Assembly (NCBI GenBank): GCA_949372645.1
Contig: CASIAP010000001.1
Location: 17,802 to 81,801 of the forward strand
Length of the DNA: 64,000 nt
Direction of reading: 5' to 3'
DNA from: Candidatus Poseidoniaceae archaeon
Lineage (GTDB): Archaea > Thermoplasmatota > Poseidoniia > Poseidoniales > Poseidoniaceae
The notes under the pieces are model-generated. The model saw only the letters and a program-made list of their open reading frames with translations, was not told the DNA's origin and searched no databases. Position 1 is the stretch's first letter. The number at the start of each line of letters is the position of its first letter. Shown here piece by piece: positions 39,903-50,079 of this stretch. A program made the translations under genes and the position numbers.

Positions 39903-42900
39903 ATGACGGGTTCTTCATCGCGCCGTGGGGCATTGCTCCTCAGCCTCTTGATGCTCTTTGGTGGCCCGTTGCAAACCATGTTGACCGATGGCACTTCTCC
40001 ATCCCCAAATTCGGTCTTTTTGGAAGAAGAAGAAACGATTCTTTTCGCTGGCGTTGGGGATGACGCTATCATTCAGTTGCCGGGTTCAGGTTCATATTCA
40101 GACTCATTTACAATTGAGGTTCCAAGTAATGCACCAGTAACTGATTTGCATCTTTCGATGGTACCTTCCGTCGATATCACTCATCAAGGCTTTGTTTGGG
40201 AAGATAATGCCATTTGGTCACACAGCAGTGCACTCAATAACGGTACATTTGGACAAAACAATGTGTTGACAGGAAACGGGGCAGGAACGCTTTGGGATTT
40301 TAACACCAATGCAGCAGGTTGGACTTTTTCGAATACATATGCAAGCCGTGTAACCTCTCCAGCTTGCGGTTTGAACGGGACCGGGACCACAGGTGGTTCG
40401 ATTCGCACCTATGCTGGATCAACCTATGCGACTTCACCAGTGAATGATTTTTCTGGAGTTTCAGCTATGCCACTGCATGTTTGGGTTCGTGAAGGCTCCA
40501 GTGGTTGCGGTGAGGAACCTGATACTGGGGAAGATTTGCAAATCCAATATCGCACTACCAGTAATACTTGGACGACCCTCCACACCTTCTCTGGTGCTCC
40601 AACTAGTTCAGGCTCAGCAACGCAGTACATGACCAATTTACCTGCTGCTGCCCTTCACACCAATACTCAGGTTCGTTTCCATCAAACTTCAGGTTCAGGG
40701 ACCTGTTGTGATTTTTGGTTTATTGACGATGTGCACTTTGCAACCCCTCCCTCTGCGGAATGGACTAGTCCAACGATAGGTTTCGCTACAAGTTCCTTCC
40801 AAGATGTCGAACAAGGGCCATGGGCTCCAGTTTACATCAATGCAGATGTTCCAAGCGGTGCAAGCCTTAACTGGACGGTTATTGATACCTCGACTGGACT
40901 TGCTATACCAGGGATGAAGGGAAGTCTTACAGATCAACCCCTCCAAACCACTGATACTGCTTGGATTCCACTCAATGCCTTGGATTGGCAAACCGTCACT
41001 TCAATCCGTTTGAATCTGTATTTTGAGCCATCTGCAAATGGTCAAATGGCGAGTATCCATTCAATCAGTGGCGATGGAAGTTATGCATTATCATTTGATA
41101 ATGATCCTTTACTCAAAGGCTGGACTTTCAAGGGCACCCCCTTGTATGATTCGTTTAGCACTTCAGTGACTGGTTTTGAAAATGATTCGATGACGTCTCC
41201 ATGGTTCTCTGCTTCAGCCGCACTTGCTGAGATTCATGTCGATGCTTCAACCCTTTTCACTCAAACCCAAATCCGCACATCATTGCATACGAATTGGACG
41301 AACATCACACTCCCCTACTCGATGAGCTTGTTAGGAAGTGAAGGCTCTGTTGGTTCCTATCAAGTTCAATTTGTCGCAGATGCAAACAACACCTCCAATG
41401 CTTGGGAGGTCCTTGAATTCAAAACAGGTACTTTTGGTGGACTACAACCTACAGCGCCAGCAATTGATTTCGCTCGTGATGATGCTTTAGAATGGGGCGG
41501 AAGTGACGTACGTGTTGGCTCTTGGGGCTGGCAAGACCGTTTCGAAAACGGCCAAAACTCGATTGCTGCTAATCCTGGCATCAGTGGGAGTTCTACGGTG
41601 AAGGCTTGGATTCCTGCAACCAATCTCAGCAGTTTTTGTTTTAGTGCCTTATCCAGTAACGGAAACTTGGCATCGATAAATTTGGTTCACAATGGCATAA
41701 CTGTTGCCAATTGGACCGTTGAAACTGGTTCGAGTTATTTTGTTCTCGACCAAAACCAACTCACTGAATTGAATGCTGCTCTACTCGGGTCAACTTCTTT
41801 GGTAAGTGCGCTTGGGACGTATTTCACTGAAGTTGAGTTTGAAGTGTATGGTTCCGGTAATGTGACATTAGCAGGTCTCGGTGTGCCTTATGAGGCATCA
41901 GATTCCCTAATGGCGGCTGTCGATTCTACCTTCGTTTTGGAAATGAATGGAGCTCGTTATGGGTTGCCAGCCCTCGGAGGAATGCATCACATTCCATTGC
42001 AACTTACTTCGGAAACAGCTGGAGGCCTCCACATTACTCTTGAAGGCTTGAACAATTCATTGAGTGTTCAATTAGTCGGGGTGAATATGCATACTGATGC
42101 TACAATATTGACCCCAAGTCAACGTTGGCAAACAATGGAAACCAACTTTCTTTTTGCTGACGCCTCTCCCTCAACTGCACGGCTTGATGTGATTGGAGGG
42201 GGATATTCAGCAACATGGCTGCTGCCTCTTAACGGTGGAACTCCAGTAGGTACTGGAGATTCAGCACTTGTGGAATTACATCCTACAGCTGCGGTGACCA
42301 GCGTTGAAAGCGGAACTTCACTGTCCATGAACATCACGTTCAGAATAAATCCTTCTTGGGATGATTCAGATACGATTCAAGTCTCTTCACGGTTATTGCT
42401 CTCAAATGGGGTGTTCTCAATTCCAGCAAGATATACTTGGGGCGGAATGGGCTCACAAGGCTTTGAAAATGATTTGGAAATAAAACAAGTCATGTTCTCT
42501 GATTCATCTCATACTGAACTGGACCCGAGTGATTATTATCTCAAAGCAGGTTCAACCATTCAAATTGGAGTTCGAATTGGCTTTGAAGGCATGGATACAC
42601 TCGATGCATTCGCAGATGGTGATGCGGTTGTGGAATTCTATCGAGGAGAGAACCTTGTTGCGAATACGACCACACTCGATGGTAACATGTGGAACATCAC
42701 TGATTCTGTTCCGTTTTCTTTCGGTATCGCCGTTTGGCATTTTGAAATAAAATCAATCAACGGCTCAGGGACGACGCCTGATGCGGTATTCTCACGAACG
42801 TTCCACATCGATTCGATTACTCCACAAGTACTCGACTCAAATATGGAACGATACGATCACCGAATCCCTTCGTCGACTCAAACGATTCAAATTCAAATAT

Positions 42901-45065
42901 CCGATCAGCCAATTCTCCCTCAAAATATTCAGGCCATGGTCTGGAGAGAATGGATTGATGATGATAATTTTAATCATTGGCCAGATGAAAATGAATACCA
43001 TCCTCTTAACCTGTTTATTCCAAATGACCTTTCCTCACTTATCGGTCAATATACCTTGATGATGGATGATACTGGAGGAAGTATCGGTCAGAAAGTTTCA
43101 GTTTACCTGACCGGTACCGATCAGGCAGGTCATACACTGGAGAACGGTGGTACCAATGTTTCCGGTGAACATCTGTTTATGTATCAATTAGCAACAGACG
43201 GCCCTCCAGCAGTTACTGCGAATGCATTCTCCATTGATGGCGGCAAAAAGCCTTGGTTACATCCACAGACACCCTATACCTTTGAAGTTGATATTTCCGA
43301 ACCAAACGGTGGTTCTGACTTCTCTACCGTTGTCGTTGAATTAGCATCCAATCAAGGCAGTGATTCACTTCCAATCCTATGGGACTTCCTGACTGGTAAT
43401 TGCACAACAACAAGCCCCCATGTCTTGATTGAAGAGTGTGAAATGCGAGGGGCGAATGGCCCTGCTGACCCCTATGAACGGGATATGACTCTACATATCG
43501 AAGTGAAATTAGCATGGACCACTCCGGACTTGGGTGAAACTCGAAGAGAACCTGGAATCAGAGTGATTGATAGAGCAGGTCAAGAAGTCTTCCTTGCTTT
43601 CCCTGAACATCGCTGGCGCTTCTCTGCAGCAATGGAAGTTCCTGACGAAAGTGTAAATCTTATACTCTCCCAAGGGACTTTACTTGAGGACGGTGCTCGC
43701 TTAGCACCCAACAGTCCATTGGAAGTCTCTGGAAGTATTGTCTTCTCAGAAACAGGACTTACCCCTCAATTTGATTGCCAAGTTGATATTTTATTCGCCG
43801 GCTCAACGACATCAACCAGTACGCTTGAAGGAATTTGGTCAGTCGCTTTACAAGCACCCTCCTCAACGATGACAATACCGATGACTTGGAGCGTCGGATG
43901 CCTTCAAGGACAAGGCATTGATGCAACGAATCAAGAAACCTCAGTTCGTTGGATTATTGTCGATGGGACAGGTCCAGAACCCGTTGAAGTTTCGAACCCT
44001 CGCCCTGCCTCTGTTTTGAAAGCGGAATCACATGAAGTTCGTATTCTTCTTTCTGAAGCAGGTGGCTTAGATGTTGATTCACTTGAATTAGTTTGGTGGG
44101 TCGAAGAGAAAGCTACAGGTGACCGCTTGCGGAACGGAATTGAACCGCTCACCTTGATCGGCTCAGATCTCTCCGGATTACGTTTGGAAGTCGTCAGCTC
44201 AATTGATTTGAGCGAGATTACGCCTGAAATGTTAGAAAATCGTCTTGCTGTTCACATTTTGGTCACTGGAAGAGATCTGGCTGACAATGAAGTGCTCGGA
44301 CTGGGCGGATCTCCTGCTGGAACTCCTGTTGGCGTTTGGGATATGGTTTGGCTCAAACCGGAATATACACTACAAGGCTCTTCGATCACTTATTCTCGTT
44401 TACTGGTTGAAGTTGGCCAAACTTCCATTGTGACAGCCTATGTTGAAAACACAGGAACCCTCAACGGTTCAGTTAGTGTGATCTTTACCGAAGTGCTTGG
44501 AGACGGGACTCGTTCGATGCTTCGTAGCATGACGGTTGAAGTTCCAGAAGGCGGTATTATACCTGTTTCTGCTGATTGGAATCCCTCCGGACCTGGTTTG
44601 CAGTGGGTCGAAGTTCTGTTAGAAACCGGTTCGACTTCTATTGGCCCATCGATTGATGTCCGACCGCAACGTGAAGAATCTTTTTCGGAGAGTGTCTTTG
44701 GTGGTGTGAATCCCGTCTTGGGAACTTTTGCAGCAATTCTCTTCCTCTCTATTGTCCTTACAGGTTTGGTTTGGGCAAGACGTATGACCTTGAACCGTGG
44801 CTCGAAATATGAAGATAATTGGGATGAATATTCATCTGAATTTGAAGAGGATGAAGATGAATACGACGATGAAGGCGATGAGATGGACACATCTCTCTCG
44901 ACCTCTTCTGTTGCCGCAGTCTCAGTTACTGCGGTGGAGACATCAGTATCGGATGAAGAAACAGATTGGGTCATGGGTTCCGATGGCTACTGGTGGTATC
45001 ATGATAAAGTTACCAATGAATGGTGGTACAAGAATGCTGAAGGCGAAATTGTACAACACAAGTGA
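39903..45065 (+). CDS. Giant acidic surface protein (1720 aa) with a Reelin-like domain, Ig-like domains and C-terminal TM anchor
   Basis: Signal peptide; Ser/Thr/Gly-rich beta content; TM near the C-terminus; acidic tail ending in the aromatic motif DGYWWYHDKVTNEWWY. Confidence 0.82.
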   Translation: MTGSSSRRGALLLSLLMLFGGPLQTMLTDGTSPSPNSVFLEEEETILFAGVGDDAIIQLPGSGSYSDSFTIEVPSNAPVTDLHLSMVPSVDITHQGFVWEDNAIWSHSSALNNGTFGQNNVLTGNGAGTLWDFNTNAAGWTFSNTYASRVTSPACGLNGTGTTGGSIRTYAGSTYATSPVNDFSGVSAMPLHVWVREGSSGCGEEPDTGEDLQIQYRTTSNTWTTLHTFSGAPTSSGSATQYMTNLPAAALHTNTQVRFHQTSGSGTCCDFWFIDDVHFATPPSAEWTSPTIGFATSSFQDVEQGPWAPVYINADVPSGASLNWTVIDTSTGLAIPGMKGSLTDQPLQTTDTAWIPLNALDWQTVTSIRLNLYFEPSANGQMASIHSISGDGSYALSFDNDPLLKGWTFKGTPLYDSFSTSVTGFENDSMTSPWFSASAALAEIHVDASTLFTQTQIRTSLHTNWTNITLPYSMSLLGSEGSVGSYQVQFVADANNTSNAWEVLEFKTGTFGGLQPTAPAIDFARDDALEWGGSDVRVGSWGWQDRFENGQNSIAANPGISGSSTVKAWIPATNLSSFCFSALSSNGNLASINLVHNGITVANWTVETGSSYFVLDQNQLTELNAALLGSTSLVSALGTYFTEVEFEVYGSGNVTLAGLGVPYEASDSLMAAVDSTFVLEMNGARYGLPALGGMHHIPLQLTSETAGGLHITLEGLNNSLSVQLVGVNMHTDATILTPSQRWQTMETNFLFADASPSTARLDVIGGGYSATWLLPLNGGTPVGTGDSALVELHPTAAVTSVESGTSLSMNITFRINPSWDDSDTIQVSSRLLLSNGVFSIPARYTWGGMGSQGFENDLEIKQVMFSDSSHTELDPSDYYLKAGSTIQIGVRIGFEGMDTLDAFADGDAVVEFYRGENLVANTTTLDGNMWNITDSVPFSFGIAVWHFEIKSINGSGTTPDAVFSRTFHIDSITPQVLDSNMERYDHRIPSSTQTIQIQISDQPILPQNIQAMVWREWIDDDNFNHWPDENEYHPLNLFIPNDLSSLIGQYTLMMDDTGGSIGQKVSVYLTGTDQAGHTLENGGTNVSGEHLFMYQLATDGPPAVTANAFSIDGGKKPWLHPQTPYTFEVDISEPNGGSDFSTVVVELASNQGSDSLPILWDFLTGNCTTTSPHVLIEECEMRGANGPADPYERDMTLHIEVKLAWTTPDLGETRREPGIRVIDRAGQEVFLAFPEHRWRFSAAMEVPDESVNLILSQGTLLEDGARLAPNSPLEVSGSIVFSETGLTPQFDCQVDILFAGSTTSTSTLEGIWSVALQAPSSTMTIPMTWSVGCLQGQGIDATNQETSVRWIIVDGTGPEPVEVSNPRPASVLKAESHEVRILLSEAGGLDVDSLELVWWVEEKATGDRLRNGIEPLTLIGSDLSGLRLEVVSSIDLSEITPEMLENRLAVHILVTGRDLADNEVLGLGGSPAGTPVGVWDMVWLKPEYTLQGSSITYSRLLVEVGQTSIVTAYVENTGTLNGSVSVIFTEVLGDGTRSMLRSMTVEVPEGGIIPVSADWNPSGPGLQWVEVLLETGSTSIGPSIDVRPQREESFSESVFGGVNPVLGTFAAILFLSIVLTGLVWARRMTLNRGSKYEDNWDEYSSEFEEDEDEYDDEGDEMDTSLSTSSVAAVSVTAVETSVSDEETDWVMGSDGYWWYHDKVTNEWWYKNAEGEIVQHK

Positions 45066-45082
45066 CGTATTGGAGTGATACA

Positions 45083-46846
45083 ATGGGTCGAATGATTGGT
45101 CTTTTACAAGTTGATCCAACCGTCGGTGACTTGACTGGCAATGCACAACGTCTTGAGCACCTTGCTCATTTAGCATCGCAAAATGGTGCTGATATTGGCG
45201 TCACCACGGAATTAGCCATTTCAGGTTACCCGCCTCGTGACTTACTTCTTCAAGATGAATTCATCCGCTTAGCCCAACAAACAGCAAGTTCTCTTCAGGT
45301 ATCAATTCCTGTTCTTGTTGGTTCTCCAATCGAGGCTCAATCGAGTCGTCAATTACCAGGCAATGGTGTGGTTCGGGCGGGTTCCAATGAAGGGTTCTCA
45401 GGTGATGGGAACTCTCATGTCGTCGCTCGAAAACAACTCTTACCAACCTATGATGTCTTTGATGAGGCACGTTATTTTCAACCTGACAATCGGTCAGGAA
45501 TCGCTCGGACAATTGCACAACTTGACCTTGGGGTCACCGTTTGTGAAGATGCATGGCAAGCTGCGGGTTTGACCCCCTCTGCTTATTCAGCAGATCCGAT
45601 TGAACATCTAGCGGAATGGGGACTTCAAGGCGTACAATTAGACGCAACTGTCAACCTTTCAGCCTCTCCTTACCATGCAGATAAATTGAGTTCACGAATC
45701 CATGTGTGCCGAACTGCTGCACGTATTCTCGGGCATCCGTTCTTGCTCGCAAATCAAGTCGGCGGTAATGATGATTTACTGTTTGATGGAAATTCACTGG
45801 TCGCTTGGCCTGATGGTCGTGTTGTTGTCGCTCCTGCTTGGCAAGAAGGGGTACTCATTGTCGATATTGATGATGCAAAGAATTGCTCTTGGATTGCCTC
45901 ACAATCCGCTGACGCTTTGTGTATTGGAAGTGATCAAATCCGCCACCTCTCGGCTGAAGATAAGGGTCATGAATACGACAAAGAATTACTTGAAGACCTC
46001 ACTGATGCAGTAGTGGCTGGACTTTCAGATTATTGCCGAAAATCAGGAATCTCTTCAATTGTCTTAGGTCTTTCAGGTGGTATTGATTCTGCTGTTGCTG
46101 CATGTGTTGCTGCTGCTGCTGTTGGCCCAGAGAACGTTATGGCATTAGCTATGCCAAGCCGCCATTCATCGCAGCACTCCCTTGATGATGCCCATCATAC
46201 TGCTGAAGCACTTGGAATTTCTTTTGATACTATACCGATTGATTCGTTCCATGCATCGGTTGAGGACTCAATCGGAGAGGTACTCTCCAATGGTCATCCT
46301 GTCGCATCCGAAAATTTGCAAGCACGATTGCGTGGTCTTCTTGTCATGGCTCATGCGAATGCTCAAGGTCGAATGGCAATTGCTACCGGGAATAAATCTG
46401 AATTGGCTCAAGGATATTGCACTCTGTATGGCGATATGGCTGGCGGATACGCTCCGCTTGGCGATCTTTACAAGATGCAAGTTTACGGTATTGCAGATAT
46501 TTTCAATAGCCGTGCAGAACATAACGGTCGAGTTGCCCCGGTGAATCCTTCGACTCGAACCAAACCCCCTTCAGCAGAACTCGCTCCTGACCAAAAAGAC
46601 GAAGATTCTCTCCCTCCATATCACCTCCTGGATGAGATTCTCTATTCACACATCGAAGAAGGGTTAGATGCACAATCCATTGCTGACAAAGGATTTGATC
46701 GAGACATGGTGGTAGAGGTTCTCACTCGATTAGAACGCAGTGAACACAAACGGTGGCAAATGTCTCCAGCGCCTCGCGTTTCTTCTCGTGCTTTTGGGCA
46801 GGGATGGCGACGCCCACTTGCTTCACGCCATGATTGGCGTCATTGA
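45083..46846 (+). CDS. nadE: Glutamine-dependent NAD+ synthetase
   Basis: Nitrilase domain (ELAISGYPP, KQLLPTYDVFDE, CEDAW) plus synthetase domain (LSGGIDS, ENLQAR, TGNKSE, PSAEL). SD GGAGTGA before ATG 45083. Confidence 0.95.
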   Translation: MGRMIGLLQVDPTVGDLTGNAQRLEHLAHLASQNGADIGVTTELAISGYPPRDLLLQDEFIRLAQQTASSLQVSIPVLVGSPIEAQSSRQLPGNGVVRAGSNEGFSGDGNSHVVARKQLLPTYDVFDEARYFQPDNRSGIARTIAQLDLGVTVCEDAWQAAGLTPSAYSADPIEHLAEWGLQGVQLDATVNLSASPYHADKLSSRIHVCRTAARILGHPFLLANQVGGNDDLLFDGNSLVAWPDGRVVVAPAWQEGVLIVDIDDAKNCSWIASQSADALCIGSDQIRHLSAEDKGHEYDKELLEDLTDAVVAGLSDYCRKSGISSIVLGLSGGIDSAVAACVAAAAVGPENVMALAMPSRHSSQHSLDDAHHTAEALGISFDTIPIDSFHASVEDSIGEVLSNGHPVASENLQARLRGLLVMAHANAQGRMAIATGNKSELAQGYCTLYGDMAGGYAPLGDLYKMQVYGIADIFNSRAEHNGRVAPVNPSTRTKPPSAELAPDQKDEDSLPPYHLLDEILYSHIEEGLDAQSIADKGFDRDMVVEVLTRLERSEHKRWQMSPAPRVSSRAFGQGWRRPLASRHDWRH

Positions 46847-46887
46847 TGCTTGGAATGAATCAAAAGGGCCTTCTCAATCCGCAGGTC

Positions 46888-47712
46888 ATGGAGGGAATGG
46901 TTACCAATGTTGCAGGTTACCGTTTTGTTGACCTTCCTGACCGTGATGCTTTACGAGAACCTTTTCGTGCCATCTGCGAAAAAGCAGGACTGAAAGGAAC
47001 TATTTTACTTTCTTTTGAAGGTATTAATTTCTTTTTGGCAGGCTCTCCATCTTCGGTTGACCAGTATCTAGAATTCCTTGAACAAGATTCACGTTTTTCT
47101 CAAATCCGTCTCAAATACTCCTCGACTGAATACCAACCCTTCAATCGGATGAATGTCCGTCTTAAAAAAGAAATTATTTCTCTAGGACTTGATCATATCA
47201 AGCCTGCAGAACGCACAGGTGAAGAAATCACTCCGACAGAATTCAAACAGTGGCTGGATGAAGGCCGGGAAGTTGCTATTATCGACACCCGGAACGATTA
47301 TGAAATCCGATTAGGCACATTTGAAAATGCTCAGAATCTAAACCTTAAATCGTTTCGAGCGTTTCCTAAAGCCATTGAATCACTCCCTGAATCGATGAAA
47401 GATACACCTGTGGTTATGTTTTGCACTGGTGGGATTCGGTGTGAGAAAGCAAGTGTTGTCATGATGGATGCAGGGTTCTCAAATGTTAAACAACTCAAAG
47501 GTGGAATCCTCGGTTATTTCGAAGAAGTCGGCGGTGAACACTGGGATGGAGATTGCTTTGTGTTCGACCATCGTGTTGCTCTTAGTGCAGAACTTGAACA
47601 GACCGAAGTTGTGCAATGTTTTGCGTGCCGTCAGCCTGTAACTGTTGAAGAACAACAATCACCAGAGTACATCATCGAGGTGTCATGTCCTCATTGCATT
47701 CATTTGCGGTGA
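46888..47712 (+). CDS. trhO: Rhodanese-domain UPF0176 protein / tRNA uridine(34) hydroxylase TrhO-like
   Basis: LKGTILL.FEGIN, VRLKKEII, DTRNDYE, FCTGGIRCEK, LKGGILGY, CFVFDHR. Confidence 0.88.
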   Translation: MEGMVTNVAGYRFVDLPDRDALREPFRAICEKAGLKGTILLSFEGINFFLAGSPSSVDQYLEFLEQDSRFSQIRLKYSSTEYQPFNRMNVRLKKEIISLGLDHIKPAERTGEEITPTEFKQWLDEGREVAIIDTRNDYEIRLGTFENAQNLNLKSFRAFPKAIESLPESMKDTPVVMFCTGGIRCEKASVVMMDAGFSNVKQLKGGILGYFEEVGGEHWDGDCFVFDHRVALSAELEQTEVVQCFACRQPVTVEEQQSPEYIIEVSCPHCIHLR

Positions 47713-49122
47713 TTACAACCAAATAAGCCAGTCACCAGTTCGTTCACCGTGACTCCATACATGAATTTCATGGCCCCGTACACCGTCGTGTGAGATGAAG
47801 ATGAGATGATGCTCTGTGAGCATGAGTTCACCGTAGGTACCTGAGGCAGAATTGTTATTCACGCCTGGCCATGGATCGTAGGCTAGGCTTGGCAGTCCAT
47901 CATTTTGTATATGCCATAATGAAGAACCACTTTCAATTCCATCTCTTTGGCCAGAAGCAAGGAAAAATAAATGCTCTCCATAGGATGCAAAACCGAGAAT
48001 ATTCGAACTGGCCATACCTGCTCGTAAATCTGTTTCCACTCGAGTACCATTGACTGTTCCATCGCTTGAACAAATTTCATGGGCCACACTGGGTGCGACA
48101 CAATCAAACCAAACACGTTGTTGATGGAGAATTCCACCAGCCCAATCGCCAGGCGCGACGATGATTGTTGACAAGATTTGAGTATTGCCTGATGAGAGAT
48201 TGTGAGACCACACTTGAGGGTCAACACCTGACGTCAGTGCATCGAATACCAAGAGGCTTCCAAGTTGATGGATTCCTAAATATTCCGCTACATGCGTAGT
48301 TGGGTTTCCAGTTCCTTGATGCTGGAGAGTGGTGAGCCAGTTTTGACTTCCATCGTCACCTAACCGAACTAATTGCCGTCCATTTTGAGATTCTGCAACC
48401 AGTACCAACCCACCTTCAATGATCGTCGGAGCATTAGGCTGACTCGCACCTGAGGGGTTGAGATCCCAACTTTGAAATTCAGCATCAAGCGTGATGAGAT
48501 AAGGTTCGATGTCATTTTGGGCTTTGGCTGAGAACCATAAATGGGTCGAATTCGAATGAAGCATTTCGGTTGCAAACGTTACCATTCCAAATGAGAAGGT
48601 ATCGAGGTTCTGTTGTTGAGCTGCTGAAAAGCCAGGATGTGAAAACACCGTGTTGAGATTAATCCCATCGGTCCACATCAAAGCATCGTTGGCAGTATTG
48701 ACGACAACACCTTGGCCCCATGGAACCAGATGAGCTGAACTTGTCAGCGATAGAGAATCACCGTTACTCACTACACGTTTTGTGCCGCTACTCGTGGCAT
48801 CACTCACCCATAATTGTCGTCCATGAACACCATCGTCAGCATCAAAGAAGACCCGTTCACCATACATTGTTGGAACCGAAGTGATTCCAAGGAATTGCCC
48901 AGGTAATGCATCACCATTTGGATTAATGTCAAGTAAGAACTGGGTTGAAGACTCGAAACCTTGACTGACCCAAAGTTCACATCCATCGTTTCCATTGACT
49001 CCTGCAGTCAGAAGTCGTTGTTGCTCAACCATCCATGCCATTGCATCGCAATTCGTAGTCAATCCATCGCTCAGCCTGTTGCGAAATCTGAAATTGGCCC
49101 ATACAGAAGGGCAGTGCTGCAA
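47713..49122 (-). CDS. ELWxxDGT-repeat beta-propeller; C-terminal part of a frameshifted surface protein
   Basis: ELWVSQG, HGRQLWVSDAT, EICSSDGT, RGHEIH repeats. No credible start of its own; continues the upstream ORF after a 1-nt shift at ~49074. Confidence 0.75.
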   Translation of the reverse strand: MQHCPSVWANFRFRNRLSDGLTTNCDAMAWMVEQQRLLTAGVNGNDGCELWVSQGFESSTQFLLDINPNGDALPGQFLGITSVPTMYGERVFFDADDGVHGRQLWVSDATSSGTKRVVSNGDSLSLTSSAHLVPWGQGVVVNTANDALMWTDGINLNTVFSHPGFSAAQQQNLDTFSFGMVTFATEMLHSNSTHLWFSAKAQNDIEPYLITLDAEFQSWDLNPSGASQPNAPTIIEGGLVLVAESQNGRQLVRLGDDGSQNWLTTLQHQGTGNPTTHVAEYLGIHQLGSLLVFDALTSGVDPQVWSHNLSSGNTQILSTIIVAPGDWAGGILHQQRVWFDCVAPSVAHEICSSDGTVNGTRVETDLRAGMASSNILGFASYGEHLFFLASGQRDGIESGSSLWHIQNDGLPSLAYDPWPGVNNNSASGTYGELMLTEHHLIFISHDGVRGHEIHVWSHGERTGDWLIWL

Positions 49123-49952
49123 ATCTGGATACTGCTTCTCACCTCATCGTCATGCAATTGCCCATCGAAAGCCAGACCTTTGCCCAATCCATCATCGACA
49201 CCAAATCGAAGCACGAGCCCTGAAGGGCATACCGCAGGAGAGGGCTGAAGATGTTCAACCAAAGCCGGCGCACCTTGGCTACCTGGCTCGCCTTGTGCAC
49301 CGTCCATACCAGCCTGGCCATTGATGCCATTACTGCCAACTAAACCGTCACATAACGCCTCACTCGAGGCGATTTCCTCTTGATTGAGTTGACCATTTCC
49401 ATCCGCATCAATTCCACTGTGGATGAGGATGCCACCCATCGGACAGGTAAGGTTGCCGATGTTCAATTCTTCAATTTCAATTCGACTTAAATCGGGTTGC
49501 AGTGTATGGCCGGGATTGCCTTGCGGTCCCGAAAGGCCTTCTTTACCATGGCAAACTTTCGTTGAAGAAGTGACCTCTTCTTCATCGAGGTAACCATTTG
49601 CATTGAGATCGTTACCGATATAAATTTCAGCACCACCTTCAGTACAAATCGAATCTGCAACCCGTCCTTCGGTTCGGACCAGCATTTCATGAGCATCATC
49701 ACCGGCGTTCCCTTTTTGCAAAGGGAGTGAATCGATTTGAACAAGCGAATAGGTCGAAAAGGTAAGCGCCAACACTATGATGAGGGTTTGAATGAGAGAG
49801 AATACAAACTTTCGTTTCGGTTTTATCTGAGCACTCGGGTTTGGTTTTCGTTGCTGCCTCATCTGGAGACTTGGCACTACTTTGGGGCCATGGTTGAGCG
49901 CAGGTTCTCCTGCAATAGTTGCGTCGACATCCATTGTTGGGGGGGTTGACAT
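49071..49952 (-). CDS. N-terminally anchored protein with Cys/DxNxNG repeats and short collagen-like segments; N-terminal part of a frameshifted gene (~47713..49952)
   Basis: TM helix, then three C..GG.....G.D.N.NG.L...E......C repeats separated by Gly-X-Y stretches. Start ATG 49952. Confidence 0.75.
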   Translation of the reverse strand: MSTPPTMDVDATIAGEPALNHGPKVVPSLQMRQQRKPNPSAQIKPKRKFVFSLIQTLIIVLALTFSTYSLVQIDSLPLQKGNAGDDAHEMLVRTEGRVADSICTEGGAEIYIGNDLNANGYLDEEEVTSSTKVCHGKEGLSGPQGNPGHTLQPDLSRIEIEELNIGNLTCPMGGILIHSGIDADGNGQLNQEEIASSEALCDGLVGSNGINGQAGMDGAQGEPGSQGAPALVEHLQPSPAVCPSGLVLRFGVDDGLGKGLAFDGQLHDDEVRSSIQICSTALLYGPISDFATG

Positions 49953-50079
49953 GAATTGACTAAAAACCGTCAAGGGTATCAAAACCTCCGGTTAAAACAT
50001 GTTTGAAGGGTTTTTCGACATGTACGAGTCTTGTTTTGAAAGGGGTGAGTTCAAGGGCGTCCTTTATCTGCACAGATTC

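Noticed and set aside
17655-49080. A general programmed-frameshifting or genome-decay signal from four indels in three genes
   Set aside because: The indels have mixed signs, lie in or next to short homopolymers, share no slippery motif and come with no in-frame nonsense decay. Consensus errors explain them more simply.
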